IMG/VR virus record: IMGVR_UViG_3300047282_000191
Span: 1-64,000 of that record
DNA from: a virus
Taxonomy: Duplodnaviria; Caudoviricetes
DNA length: 64,000 nucleotides
Strand: one strand, 5' to 3'
The notes under the pieces were generated by a model that was not told the origin of the DNA, did no database searches, and worked only from the letters and a program-made list of their open reading frames with translations. How positions within the stretch are numbered: the first letter of the stretch is position 1; each line of letters opens with the position of its first letter. Shown here in pieces: positions 8,625 through 18,163 of the stretch. Made by a program: the position numbers and the translations under genes.

Positions 8625-9116
8625 TTAATAGCCTTTTTTTCGCTTAGCGTGTTTTAATGCCAAAGCCCGTTTAAGAGGAGAAGCTTTTTCTAAGAAGTTT
8701 GTACCTTCCATGTGATCGTATTCATGTTGAATAATGCGTGCTGTGATACCGCCAAAGTCTGCAGTAATACGTTCACCTTCTTGATTAGTATATTCAATCT
8801 TTACTGTCTTAGGTCGTTTTAAATTAATAAAAACTCCTGGTTGAGATAGACATCCCTCATCAAATAAAGTCTCTTCTTTAGAGTACTCAACAATCTTTGG
8901 ATCGAAAAAAGTTTCTGAGAAATCATTAAATGTAATACAGAAAATCCTGTTATCAATTCCAACTTGATTTGCTGAAAGACCTATGCCTTTAAAAAATTTA
9001 CATGCGTTAACTAGCATCTCAGCAAATTTCTGCTTATCTTCTACTTCACTATATTCTAATCGCTTAGTTAAAAGCGGGTCGTCGTACGGTATAAGTTTAT
9101 AATTTAATTCCATCAT
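8625..9116 (-). CDS. def: Peptide deformylase
   Basis: GIGLSANQVG, EGCLS and HEYDH motifs all present. Confidence 0.95.
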   Translation of the reverse strand: MMELNYKLIPYDDPLLTKRLEYSEVEDKQKFAEMLVNACKFFKGIGLSANQVGIDNRIFCITFNDFSETFFDPKIVEYSKEETLFDEGCLSQPGVFINLKRPKTVKIEYTNQEGERITADFGGITARIIQHEYDHMEGTNFLEKASPLKRALALKHAKRKKGY

Positions 9117-10828
9117 TTAATCCTTGAAAAATTTCTTTCTTTGACAAATTCAATCTTGTTTCTAAACTTAGAATCAAGCACATCTCCTTTATGCGAGATG
9201 ACAAACACATTAGTATCTTGTACAGACCCAAGAATCTTCATAAGATTGTCGATACCATCTGTATCCAATGATGAATCAAACGTTTCATCTAAGATCAATA
9301 GGTTTGTATTAGCAGAGTTCTTCATCTTTGCGATCTGACGCCAGGTAAACAGAAGGCTTAAGTCAATACGTTGTTTCTCACCTTCAGAGAAGCTTGCATA
9401 TGTAAACTCGTCGCGATATCTAGATTTGATTGTCTCGTTAAAGGATTCATCTAAGTTAAACAATACGAAAAAGTCCAAGATCTGTAGGTATTGATTGACA
9501 AGTTTATTGATGACTGGCAAATATTGCTTAACGATCTTAGTCTTGATACCTGTATCTTTAAGCATTTCACTTGCTATCATATTATAGTTTTGACCATCTA
9601 TATGAGATAGTTTTAATTCTGCTAAAGATTCTTTTTCAATTTGTAGAGCTTTTAGATCTGCCATTGCAGCTCCAACATCTCCTTCGGTTCCTTCTATCTT
9701 TAGGACTTCGGATTCTAACTTATCTATTTGATTTTGTAATGCTGTGATAGATGCATTGTTTGCTACTATATCCATCTGTGCATGTTGGAAAGACTCTACT
9801 TCTTCTAATAGAATCATCTCTTCGCTTTCAATAAGCAAGAGCTCTTCTTCTAACTCTTCAATATGCTTATTAACTTCCCCGATCTTGCTATCGCACTTAT
9901 GCACGTGCTCTTGCCGTGTGTCGGCAGATATTTCTTGAGAACAGGTTGGGCACGCAGTTGATTCCACAAAGAAAGCTCGGTTTTCTTGTAGACTCTTAAT
10001 GGTAGAATTAAACTTATCACCAAATGATAAGAGTTTATTTTTCTTGGTCTCAATCGATTTAAGGGATCTTTGCTTTGAAACCAATTCTGCCAGCCTCTCG
10101 GATAGTCCAGCATTTTTGGATTGTAAATCCTTGATCGCTGTTTGATTGTCCGTGATGGCTTTCTGCTTATCTCGAACCTGATCCTTTGCAAGTGATTCGA
10201 CATCAACAATGTATTTATTTTGAAGTCTGACTTTTTCTGATATGATCTCGAGTTGATTGTTAACATCATTTATTTGTTCCTTAGTTCGTGCTATTTTTTC
10301 TTTTAGAATTTGGTTCATCCTAGAAAAAACCTGAATATCAAGCAACTCTTCTATGATCGTTCTCCGTTGACCTGGAGGCAATTGCATGAATGGAGTAAAT
10401 GATGCAGATCCAATCACGACTACCTGATGGAACGACTTGTGATTTAATTTTAATACGTTTTGCTCTAAGAATGCCTGATAGTCTCTAGAGTTTGCTTCTT
10501 GATTGATAAGATTGCCATTCTGATAAATCTCAAAAGTATTTGGTTTAATGCCTCGTACGATCTTAAATTCTGCAACACCAACTGAGAACTCGACTTCTAC
10601 GACCGCATTCTTATTATTGATTGAATTTAATAGCTGAGGTTTAAGGATATTTCTAAATGGTTTACCGAACAAACCAAACGATAGAGCATCTAACAACGTA
10701 GATTTACCTGCACCATTTTGACCTATGATCAATGTGCTATCATTGCGATTTAATTCAATCTCTGTAAATTTGTCACCAGTACTTAAGAAGTTTTTCCAGC
10801 GTACTGTCTTAAAAATAATTGCTGCCAT
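9113..10828 (-). CDS. gp46: Recombination endonuclease ATPase subunit (SbcC/Rad50-like)
   Basis: WKNFLSTG, GQNGAGKST, CPTC zinc hook, FSEGEKQRIDL, LILDE and ISH motifs. Confidence 0.97.
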   Translation of the reverse strand: MAAIIFKTVRWKNFLSTGDKFTEIELNRNDSTLIIGQNGAGKSTLLDALSFGLFGKPFRNILKPQLLNSINNKNAVVEVEFSVGVAEFKIVRGIKPNTFEIYQNGNLINQEANSRDYQAFLEQNVLKLNHKSFHQVVVIGSASFTPFMQLPPGQRRTIIEELLDIQVFSRMNQILKEKIARTKEQINDVNNQLEIISEKVRLQNKYIVDVESLAKDQVRDKQKAITDNQTAIKDLQSKNAGLSERLAELVSKQRSLKSIETKKNKLLSFGDKFNSTIKSLQENRAFFVESTACPTCSQEISADTRQEHVHKCDSKIGEVNKHIEELEEELLLIESEEMILLEEVESFQHAQMDIVANNASITALQNQIDKLESEVLKIEGTEGDVGAAMADLKALQIEKESLAELKLSHIDGQNYNMIASEMLKDTGIKTKIVKQYLPVINKLVNQYLQILDFFVLFNLDESFNETIKSRYRDEFTYASFSEGEKQRIDLSLLFTWRQIAKMKNSANTNLLILDETFDSSLDTDGIDNLMKILGSVQDTNVFVISHKGDVLDSKFRNKIEFVKERNFSRIK

Positions 10829-11890
10829 TTATACCGTTTCTGTAGTTTGCGCTTCAACATACAAACCGCGCAATAGAGTTTTTAATTTATCTTTATTAGC
10901 TTCAGTCTCTACAGCATCAACGTATGAATCTAATAAGACTTGTGTGTCATCTAGCTTAATCTCTTCGTCTTCTACATTTGCACCTAAGTATTCTGTAAAA
11001 GATTCAGCGATCTTAAGTTCGTGTATTGGTCGTTGTGTAATACGATCGATGAGTCTGTCAAAGCCAAAAAAATCTTGTTTTCTTTCTACGACTACCTTAA
11101 CAAATTGATGATCCATATGGGACACATCTATAGTATTATAATCTGTTTTTTCGTCGTTGTACACCAGTTTTGTATGAAGAGTATGCGGATTACGAACTGG
11201 TGTTATTTCTCTCGTGTTAGTATCAAGCACATGAAAATATTTAGGATCATCACAATCACCCCAAGTAAACTCCATTTGGGAACCAAGATAATAAACATTA
11301 TCCCGACTAGACTTAGTATGAAAGTGGCCAGACAACACCATCTCAAAGCGACTAAACTCCTTTGTTTCCATTCCATGGGGATTCGGAATACCTTTATACA
11401 TTTCAAAACCAGAGAATTCAAAATGACCTCCTACAATATCTGCTGAACATGTCTTGATGAATTCCATAGTGTCAGCATAATTTTCTACGTTGATCCAAGG
11501 GACCAATGCTATTTTCAAACCATCATACTCAACTACTACATTATCCATATAGATCTTAACACAGTCCATATAATGTCCCATGAGTTCTTTAAGAGAACAC
11601 AGTTCATTGGTATTTTTATAGAATACGTCGTGATTACCTGGAATAATATCCATAGTAATATTATATTCTCGTAACTTATCTAAGAAGATGCGACGGTTGT
11701 GTTCGAGCGCTTTAAAGTTAACATATTTTCGGTGCTCGTAATAATCTCCAAGATGTATGATCTTGTCAATTTTGTTTTCTAGTACATATGGGAAAAATAC
11801 ATCTGAGTAGAACTTTTCTTGGTAGTCCATGAAAATATCAGATGAGTTACGTGCACCACAATGGGTGTCGTTTAATATAGCGATCTTCAA
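10829..11890 (-). CDS. gp47: Recombination endonuclease nuclease subunit (SbcD/Mre11-like)
   Basis: NDTHCG, HLGD, PGNHD, GGHFE and SGHFH phosphoesterase motifs. Confidence 0.97.
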   Translation of the reverse strand: MKIAILNDTHCGARNSSDIFMDYQEKFYSDVFFPYVLENKIDKIIHLGDYYEHRKYVNFKALEHNRRIFLDKLREYNITMDIIPGNHDVFYKNTNELCSLKELMGHYMDCVKIYMDNVVVEYDGLKIALVPWINVENYADTMEFIKTCSADIVGGHFEFSGFEMYKGIPNPHGMETKEFSRFEMVLSGHFHTKSSRDNVYYLGSQMEFTWGDCDDPKYFHVLDTNTREITPVRNPHTLHTKLVYNDEKTDYNTIDVSHMDHQFVKVVVERKQDFFGFDRLIDRITQRPIHELKIAESFTEYLGANVEDEEIKLDDTQVLLDSYVDAVETEANKDKLKTLLRGLYVEAQTTETV

Positions 11891-12514
11891 TTAAGCAGCC
11901 TCAGTGTTTTCAGCAATAAAAGATTCTAATTCATCGACCATAGAATCAGTCATGAATAGCTCTAAAGATTTGTTTTTCTTTTCTTTCTTTGCAAACTCTT
12001 TGATCTGTGAGTCTTTTTCTTTGATTCGACCGATACGTTCTCTTAAAGAATCAATGAACGCTTGTTCACCGTGTGTGTCATCTCCTTCGACACTAGCAAT
12101 AAACTCTTCAATACCAGATTGCTCGATAAACTTAAATTTGATGTCTTGCTGTTTCTTCTCTTTTTCGATACGTCTTAAGAATGCAAAAAAGCAAATTTGA
12201 GTAAAGTATGAGAATGCGTTTTGTGTACCAGTTCTTGTCTCAGCATTAGGATTGTAGTTAGTGATTGCACGTAAGCAATTCTCTACTGCATCCATGACCA
12301 TCTCTTCTCGATAAGTGTATCGAATAAAATTTACTTTATGCGATAAACCTTCTGCGATCTTAAGAAAGCATTCAGCTATGTAGTTTGGTACTATCGGGAT
12401 TGTTGTTCCATCGGCTTTTGCTTTATCGACTGCTGCTGCATAATCGACTAAGGCCTTGCCGAATTTTTTATTGTCCACATAATGCGGACGAGCCTTGATT
12501 TCAGACATCTTCAT
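11891..12514 (-). CDS. gp55: Late transcription sigma factor
   Basis: HYVDNK, IAEGLSHKVNF..YTYREEMVMDAVENC and NAFSYFTQICFFAFLRRIEKEKKQ. Confidence 0.96.
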   Translation of the reverse strand: MKMSEIKARPHYVDNKKFGKALVDYAAAVDKAKADGTTIPIVPNYIAECFLKIAEGLSHKVNFIRYTYREEMVMDAVENCLRAITNYNPNAETRTGTQNAFSYFTQICFFAFLRRIEKEKKQQDIKFKFIEQSGIEEFIASVEGDDTHGEQAFIDSLRERIGRIKEKDSQIKEFAKKEKKNKSLELFMTDSMVDELESFIAENTEAA

Positions 12515-12543
12515 TCACTCCAATTAATGGGACACATATTAGT

Positions 12544-12573
12544 ATTATACCATAAAAATAACAAAATGTACAA
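12544..12573 (-). promoter_or_regulatory. Sigma70-like phage promoter for gp55
   Basis: Minus strand TGTACA-N17-TATAAT with TGG extension. Confidence 0.75.
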
Positions 12574-12597
12574 CTATTTAAAAAATATTTTTCGGGG

Positions 12598-12632
12598 GGC
12601 CTATGTACAACAGAATATTTACAGTATATAAT
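12598..12632 (+). promoter_or_regulatory. Plus-strand promoter of the same family, facing antisense to the uvsW operon
   Basis: GGCCTATGTACAACAGAATATTTACAGTATATAAT aligns without gaps to the cobS promoter. Confidence 0.6.
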
Positions 12633-12664
12633 ATATCTACCCCCAGGGGCCAGCAGTATAAGGA

Positions 12665-13069
12665 TTAGTGATAGGTTGGTGGCGTATCATCATCCTCTTC
12701 TAAGATCTGGAAAGACGGTTGTTGTTGAACTACTTCAGGCACTCTAGCTTGAGATGCATCTGTTATAGGAGTAATCGAATCTTGTTCAACATTCACCATC
12801 ATCTTAGTATAATACATTGCTACCGCATCGTTAACCATCGCCATAGCAAGTATGTTAGACTTTGCAATGATATGTTCATCTTCATCGCAGAATCCCATCC
12901 AACGAGTAAACATGTTAGCTTCTCTAGCTATAGTTCCAAGTTCTACACGTTCTCTATAAACTTTTAATGGTCCTCTAATCAACACTTCTTCGCGATCTTC
13001 TCCAACCACTTCGGTTAAGATCTCTTCGCCATTTGTTAATTTTAGTTGTCTTATGTCTCTGCTGATCAT
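12665..13069 (-). CDS. Conserved hypothetical protein (Sm-like fold candidate)
   Basis: RQLKLTNGEEILTEV N-terminus is typical of the gene downstream of uvsW in T4-like phages; ATGA overlap with uvsW. Confidence 0.75.
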   Translation of the reverse strand: MISRDIRQLKLTNGEEILTEVVGEDREEVLIRGPLKVYRERVELGTIAREANMFTRWMGFCDEDEHIIAKSNILAMAMVNDAVAMYYTKMMVNVEQDSITPITDASQARVPEVVQQQPSFQILEEDDDTPPTYH

Positions 13070-14544
13070 GTTAGTTTGACCTCGTGGATCTTATAATTGA
13101 ACTGCTCTTTACTATATATTTGAATCCTGATTCCAGCATGGATGAGCGTAAAGTTTTTCTTTGTTTTCCAATGTAAGTCGTCTGATATATCATATAAAGT
13201 CGTGTCTCTACCATCATCGGCCTTTCTTAAACCACGACCGATAGACTGTAAGACCTTGATCTGAGATTTAGAAGGAGATGCGAAGATGATATTATGCAAA
13301 TTCTTAATGTTGATACCAGTTGAAAACGTTCCTAATGATGCTACGATGACAGCATTCTTTTCTTTTTCTGTAATAGCACGAACCGTTTCTCTATCTGCAA
13401 CATCAGTTTCTCCAGAAACATAGAATACCTTACGATCTTCTTTAGCATTTTCCCTTATTAATTTAAATAGCGGTTTGCCATGTTTATCAACCCTATTGAA
13501 CAACACAAGCGTATTACCTTGTTGATCTAATGTTAGATTCTTAATAAAATTATTTCGCTTTTGATGTGCGATAATAAAATCAATTTCCTCTGCATACGTT
13601 TTATCTTTAACCAATTTGCATTCTTCGTCAGAATACTTCATTACCAAACATTTAATATCTAACTTAGCAAGTTGATCTGCATCCATCAAGGCTTTAGTAG
13701 TAGTAACCTGATAAACTTGTCCGAATAAACCTTCTAATACCAATTTATGTGTTAACGTACCATCTAAGGTTCCAGTTAAACCAAAACGATACGGACAATC
13801 TATCAATTTCTCCATGATAGATGATAATGATTTTGCTTGGAACGTATGCGCTTCGTCACCAATAACCATCCTAAAAGGTGCAAACCATTCTTTAGTTAAC
13901 TTATAGACCGATTGCCATGTAGTGATAACGATTGGCGCGAGAGTATCTTTTTCTTTTCCGCTATAGATTGTATGGATCATCGACTCATCAAACGAGTCGT
14001 CATTCTGTGCATACGTTAAAAAGTCTGATCTCATCTGTTCAACTAAACTTGTTGTTGGAACGATCAACAGTAATCTTTGTTGCTTTAATACGTTTAAATA
14101 ATAACGTATGATAATATAAATTATGAGAGATTTACCAGAAGCGGTAGGTGATACTAGTAATGCTCGTTTATTTCTTAATCCATGTACTGCTGCTTGATAT
14201 TGGTAATCGCGCGGTTGAAATGGAAGTTTTAAAAATTTATTGACGAAGGTCTGTAAATCTTCTTCATTGACTTTTGTTATTTGATTTGGAACATTGACTT
14301 CTATTTCATAGCCACGTTCTTCTGCAAATTTAATGATATAATTTAATAGACCTACGTAGAGAGTCTTTGATCGTAGATCATACAGTCTTATCTTTCCATC
14401 CCATATTTTGTTCTTAAAAGCTGGCATGAATTTATAGCCAGGAACATAGAACGTAAAGTAGTCTGCTAATTCTTGTTTAACACCGCCATCGCACTCTACT
14501 CTTAAGTGCACATCATTAATTTTGCTAACTACTATCTTGTCCAT
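13066..14544 (-). CDS. uvsW: UvsW DNA helicase
   Basis: PRDYQ, SPTASGKS, GDEAH, GLTGT, TGINIKNL and QSIGRGLR; likely start MDKIVV at 14544. Confidence 0.97.
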   Translation of the reverse strand: MDKIVVSKINDVHLRVECDGGVKQELADYFTFYVPGYKFMPAFKNKIWDGKIRLYDLRSKTLYVGLLNYIIKFAEERGYEIEVNVPNQITKVNEEDLQTFVNKFLKLPFQPRDYQYQAAVHGLRNKRALLVSPTASGKSLIIYIIIRYYLNVLKQQRLLLIVPTTSLVEQMRSDFLTYAQNDDSFDESMIHTIYSGKEKDTLAPIVITTWQSVYKLTKEWFAPFRMVIGDEAHTFQAKSLSSIMEKLIDCPYRFGLTGTLDGTLTHKLVLEGLFGQVYQVTTTKALMDADQLAKLDIKCLVMKYSDEECKLVKDKTYAEEIDFIIAHQKRNNFIKNLTLDQQGNTLVLFNRVDKHGKPLFKLIRENAKEDRKVFYVSGETDVADRETVRAITEKEKNAVIVASLGTFSTGINIKNLHNIIFASPSKSQIKVLQSIGRGLRKADDGRDTTLYDISDDLHWKTKKNFTLIHAGIRIQIYSKEQFNYKIHEVKLT

Positions 14545-14993
14545 TATACACCGGATGTAAACTGTCTCCACTTAATCATGTTACCGATCGTCTGATGACG
14601 CCAAGTAATATTAGAAACTATATCTGATAGTGTATCCACTACAGTTTTCCAATATTCGATTTGTGATTGAATCGTTTGTATTTGGTCATCGCTTTCATAA
14701 AAATAATCCATATCACTTTTCATAGGTTTACTTAATCCATCGAATGGATCATAGTCCCAACCCTTCTCATCGATTGTTGCCTTATCCATTTTACCATTGT
14801 ACCACATGAATTTATCTTTCAATAGTTTCTTAAACTCCATCTCTTTACGATGTTTTTGAAGCTTAGCTAGCGAAAGAAGTTCTACATATTTTGCATGTAG
14901 TTTAGGCGTATCTTTGGAAGACTTATCCAATTCAACATCATCGATCTGGCAATCGACTTTCCAATTATCTAATATTTGTTCAAGTGTTAGCAT
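14544..14993 (-). CDS. uvsY: UvsY recombination mediator
   Basis: IDDVELD..S..TPKLHAKY, KFMWYNGK and ITWRHQTIGNMIKWRQF. Confidence 0.9.
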   Translation of the reverse strand: MLTLEQILDNWKVDCQIDDVELDKSSKDTPKLHAKYVELLSLAKLQKHRKEMEFKKLLKDKFMWYNGKMDKATIDEKGWDYDPFDGLSKPMKSDMDYFYESDDQIQTIQSQIEYWKTVVDTLSDIVSNITWRHQTIGNMIKWRQFTSGV

Positions 14994-15022
14994 GTTAAAA
15001 CCTTAGGGTTATTTTATACCCC

Positions 15023-15052
15023 ATTATACCATATTTTTAAGGGAAAGTAAAC
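15023..15052 (-). promoter_or_regulatory. Sigma70-like phage promoter for uvsY
   Basis: GTTTACT-N17-TATAAT with TGG extension. Confidence 0.75.
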
Positions 15053-15054
15053 AG

Positions 15055-15558
15055 TTAATTTTCGAACGTGAAATAGTCGTAGCGGAAAGTTACATCAACT
15101 GTACCATAGACAATGTCTGCTTCTTGAACAGAGAATGTAACGTTACCTATACTAGTAGGGAATACATTGCGGAAAAATATTTTCTTATTTGGATTATTTT
15201 TACTCGTTAACACATAGATCGTTAAGTCATCAAACTTATCCTCATACTTTGCCATGTTGATACTACGATTTAACCAATCATAGATTTCTTTGAAGTTTTC
15301 CATATTTTCAGAAACCAACATTGTGATCGTTATAGGATCATATTGAATGTGATCTCCTGGCACAAATGCAGTTTGTTTACCACGAGGGATTGCAACCTCT
15401 GGTACAGTAACAGAAGGGATGCTAATACTTTGTGCAAAGTATTGAACGTTGGGTGCTCGAGCAAATATAAATTTAAACCCATCAGCTGTGACTAATGGAT
15501 TTTTATTTGCTGTTACTGATCCTGGTTCAAGACCTATATCGTAATTTTTATTTGCCAT
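15055..15558 (-). CDS. gp3: Tail completion / sheath stabiliser (gp3-like)
   Basis: FKFIFARAPNVQYFAQSISIP, PGDHIQYDPITI and FRNVFPTS; position after gp23. Confidence 0.85.
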   Translation of the reverse strand: MANKNYDIGLEPGSVTANKNPLVTADGFKFIFARAPNVQYFAQSISIPSVTVPEVAIPRGKQTAFVPGDHIQYDPITITMLVSENMENFKEIYDWLNRSINMAKYEDKFDDLTIYVLTSKNNPNKKIFFRNVFPTSIGNVTFSVQEADIVYGTVDVTFRYDYFTFEN

Positions 15559-15584
15559 TTTTAATCTATCTCCGCAATATTATC

Positions 15585-15592
15585 TATTTATA
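15585..15592 (-). promoter_or_regulatory. T4-type late promoter
   Basis: TATAAATA upstream of gp3. Confidence 0.75.
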
Positions 15593-15604
15593 TCAGCACC
15601 AGAC

Positions 15605-15632
15605 AAAAAAAGAGGGAACCGAAGTTCCCTCT
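15605..15632 (-). terminator. Rho-independent terminator after gp23
   Basis: GAGGGAAC-TTCG-GTTCCCTC followed by a T-run. Confidence 0.92.
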
Positions 15633-15671
15633 TGAGTTCTATACTTATTGTAATTCTTAAGCTTGTATAGA

Positions 15672-17060
15672 TTAAGCGTTGTCTAAAAGGCCTGTTACCT
15701 TGAAGATACGGAAATAAACGTTAGTACGATTTAAACCAGTATCATTTACAGGTGCTGAACCTGGATTTGAGAATGGGTTTGCAATCATGCCATAACGTGT
15801 TTTGAAACCGATCTTAGGTTGGAAAGAACCTTGATCAACAGCACGAACCATTGTGAGTGGTACATATGGAGCGTAGAATAAACCAGCGTCATATGGGTTT
15901 GTACCACGGTAACCAACAGTTACGTAGTCTTGTGTAGCATATGGATCGATGTACACTTTGATCTTGCCGTTTAATACACCAGCAAATGTATTGCCAGTGT
16001 CATCAACTGCTAAATCTACAGACATAGCTGGATTGTATACCAACATGCCAGAAGCAGCTAAAGCTGTTGCAACGTCTGATGAACAAACGATGAAGTTGCC
16101 TTTACCTCTACGAGTATCTTTGGCAATCTTGTTAGCTTCGCGATCGATCTGAACTAAAAGACCTTTGAACTTTTCAACTGACCAACGACCATCAGCATCA
16201 GTTACTAAGTTAAATGTACCAGCGCTTGTGCAGTTAGCTGTTTGAGCACCTAACTTAGCTTTAACGTTGATTGTACGGATAACTTCGCGGTTGATTTCAG
16301 CAAGAATTTCAGCTGAAAGGATGTTCGCTAATTCTGTTTCAGCGTCAAGACCATGAACTGCTTTCAAGTCTTGTGCTAATTCCATTGTGTATTCAGCTTT
16401 CAAAGCACGTGTCTTTGCAGTCACTGTAGCTTTTTCAATGCTGAATGCCATTTGAGCAAAAGCGTTAGTTGAAGAATCACCTAAAGCTTCAGACTCAGCT
16501 GTAGTCATACCACCACCAACACCGAAGTCATCAGCAATTGTATCAGCTGCGGATGTACCAGAAGTACCAGAACCACCAGCGTTAACTGTTGTGTCTGTAC
16601 CAGGTAAACCATCAGATGTACCACCGTGTGTACCGTTCTTGTTAGTAGCTGTAGAGCCACTGAATGAAGATGATGAGAAGTCTGTATCAGCTTCGTTGTA
16701 AAGTGCTTCTGTACCGCTTTGTGATGTGTAACGTGACTTCATCGCGAAGATTAAGCCAGTTGGACCAGACATTGGTTGAACACCAGCGATGTCATAAGCG
16801 ATAAGGTTAGGCATTGAACGACGAACCAAGCTGATTAAGATTGGATCAAAGTTTGCAATGCTACCACCAGTTGCGTTTGTTGGAGCAGCTTCTTGTAATG
16901 AACCATAAGAAGATTGTGCACGCTCTTCAGCAAGTGCCTTCTCTTGGTTTTCTAAAATAACGGCAGTAACTGCGCGTTTGTAAGGGTCTTTAATCGCTGG
17001 AAGATCTGCGTGATCTAGGACTTCGGCCCATTTTTGTTGTGCTTGTTCAGCTAAAAACAT
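15672..17060 (-). CDS. gp23: Major capsid protein
   Basis: LISLVRRSMPNLIAYDIAGVQPMSGPTGLIFAM, SRALKAEY-like TRALKAEYTMELAQDLKAVHGLDAE and FQPKIGFKTRYG. Confidence 0.99.
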   Translation of the reverse strand: MFLAEQAQQKWAEVLDHADLPAIKDPYKRAVTAVILENQEKALAEERAQSSYGSLQEAAPTNATGGSIANFDPILISLVRRSMPNLIAYDIAGVQPMSGPTGLIFAMKSRYTSQSGTEALYNEADTDFSSSSFSGSTATNKNGTHGGTSDGLPGTDTTVNAGGSGTSGTSAADTIADDFGVGGGMTTAESEALGDSSTNAFAQMAFSIEKATVTAKTRALKAEYTMELAQDLKAVHGLDAETELANILSAEILAEINREVIRTINVKAKLGAQTANCTSAGTFNLVTDADGRWSVEKFKGLLVQIDREANKIAKDTRRGKGNFIVCSSDVATALAASGMLVYNPAMSVDLAVDDTGNTFAGVLNGKIKVYIDPYATQDYVTVGYRGTNPYDAGLFYAPYVPLTMVRAVDQGSFQPKIGFKTRYGMIANPFSNPGSAPVNDTGLNRTNVYFRIFKVTGLLDNA

Positions 17061-17074
17061 GTTATGTTTCCTCT

Positions 17075-18145
17075 TTATTTTTTAGTAGTACGGGATATAG
17101 CGCTTAGATAAGCTGCCATACGTGGAGAAGCAGTAGTTTGTTCTGCAGGTTGCTCGTCTGTTTCTTCACTGATTGTTGCAGGTACTGTACCCTTGAAGTG
17201 TGCTTCTTTAACGATGATAACTTTCTTAGTGAAAGATTCAGCGTCATCAAAGTCAATACCTTCAACGAGTGACTTAAGCTTCTCAGCATCAGTCGCGATC
17301 ATACCTTCAGTAGCTTCACGGACAATCTTTTCACGTGAAAGTTCTTCAACTTTCTGTGCAAGCGCAACAGCTTTTTCAGTGTGAGCTTGTAATTGACCTT
17401 CAAGTTCTTCAACTTGTTCTGCTAAACCGTCGACTAGATCGACTTTACCTTCTGGAACATCAATGTAGTGTTCAACGAATACAGTCTTCAGAGAATCAAT
17501 GAAGCTTTCGGCGATCTCAGCACGGAGGCCAGTCTCGATAGCAAGCTCATTTTCTTCCATCCACTGTTCAACAACGTAGTTCAAGTAACCGTCGATCTTC
17601 TCAACGAGTTCTGAACGGATGTCTTCTACAGCTTCGTCTAAGTTAGATTGATACTGCTCTTCAAGTTTATTTTTTTCTACAGCTACGCGAGATGTTAAAG
17701 CAGCTTGGAAAAGAACCGCAGATTTCTCTTTGAATTCTTCTGATAAGTTGGCATCAGCTTCAGTAAGAGCTTTTAGTTCTTCTGTAACATCGATTTCAAC
17801 CACAGCTTCTTTAACTTCTTCAGTAGACTCTTCAGAGAAAAGTTTACCGTAGATAACTTGAAGATCTTCTTTTTTCAAGCTAGACAATTTTTCAACTGTT
17901 GCAGCAATGATACCCGATTTAGTTTTAGGGGCTTCAGCTGTCTTAGTAGCGCCTAGATCAGCAAGGGTTTTAGCCTTGTCATCTTGGAAATCAGCACCTT
18001 GACCAAATTTAGCAGACTTAGCGTCGCCTTTTGGATCAATAGTTGCTGCTGCATCTTCAGCTAGTTCCTCAGAAACTTCAACGAGTTGTTCATCACTAAG
18101 CTTTACGTCGTCTAGTTGATCTTTGTTAAGATCTTGTTGTGACAT
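17075..18145 (-). CDS. gp22: Prohead core scaffold protein
   Basis: Acidic coiled coil; YLNYVVEQWMEEN and FVEHYIDVPE; between gp21 and gp23. Confidence 0.93.
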   Translation of the reverse strand: MSQQDLNKDQLDDVKLSDEQLVEVSEELAEDAAATIDPKGDAKSAKFGQGADFQDDKAKTLADLGATKTAEAPKTKSGIIAATVEKLSSLKKEDLQVIYGKLFSEESTEEVKEAVVEIDVTEELKALTEADANLSEEFKEKSAVLFQAALTSRVAVEKNKLEEQYQSNLDEAVEDIRSELVEKIDGYLNYVVEQWMEENELAIETGLRAEIAESFIDSLKTVFVEHYIDVPEGKVDLVDGLAEQVEELEGQLQAHTEKAVALAQKVEELSREKIVREATEGMIATDAEKLKSLVEGIDFDDAESFTKKVIIVKEAHFKGTVPATISEETDEQPAEQTTASPRMAAYLSAISRTTKK

Positions 18146-18163
18146 TCAAATCACTCCTTAGTG

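Noticed and set aside
16530-16690. Gly/Ser/Thr-rich stretch in the major capsid protein; no gp24 between gp23 and gp3
   Set aside because: A variable surface loop and the lack of gp24 at this position are normal for cyanophage-type T4-like phages.
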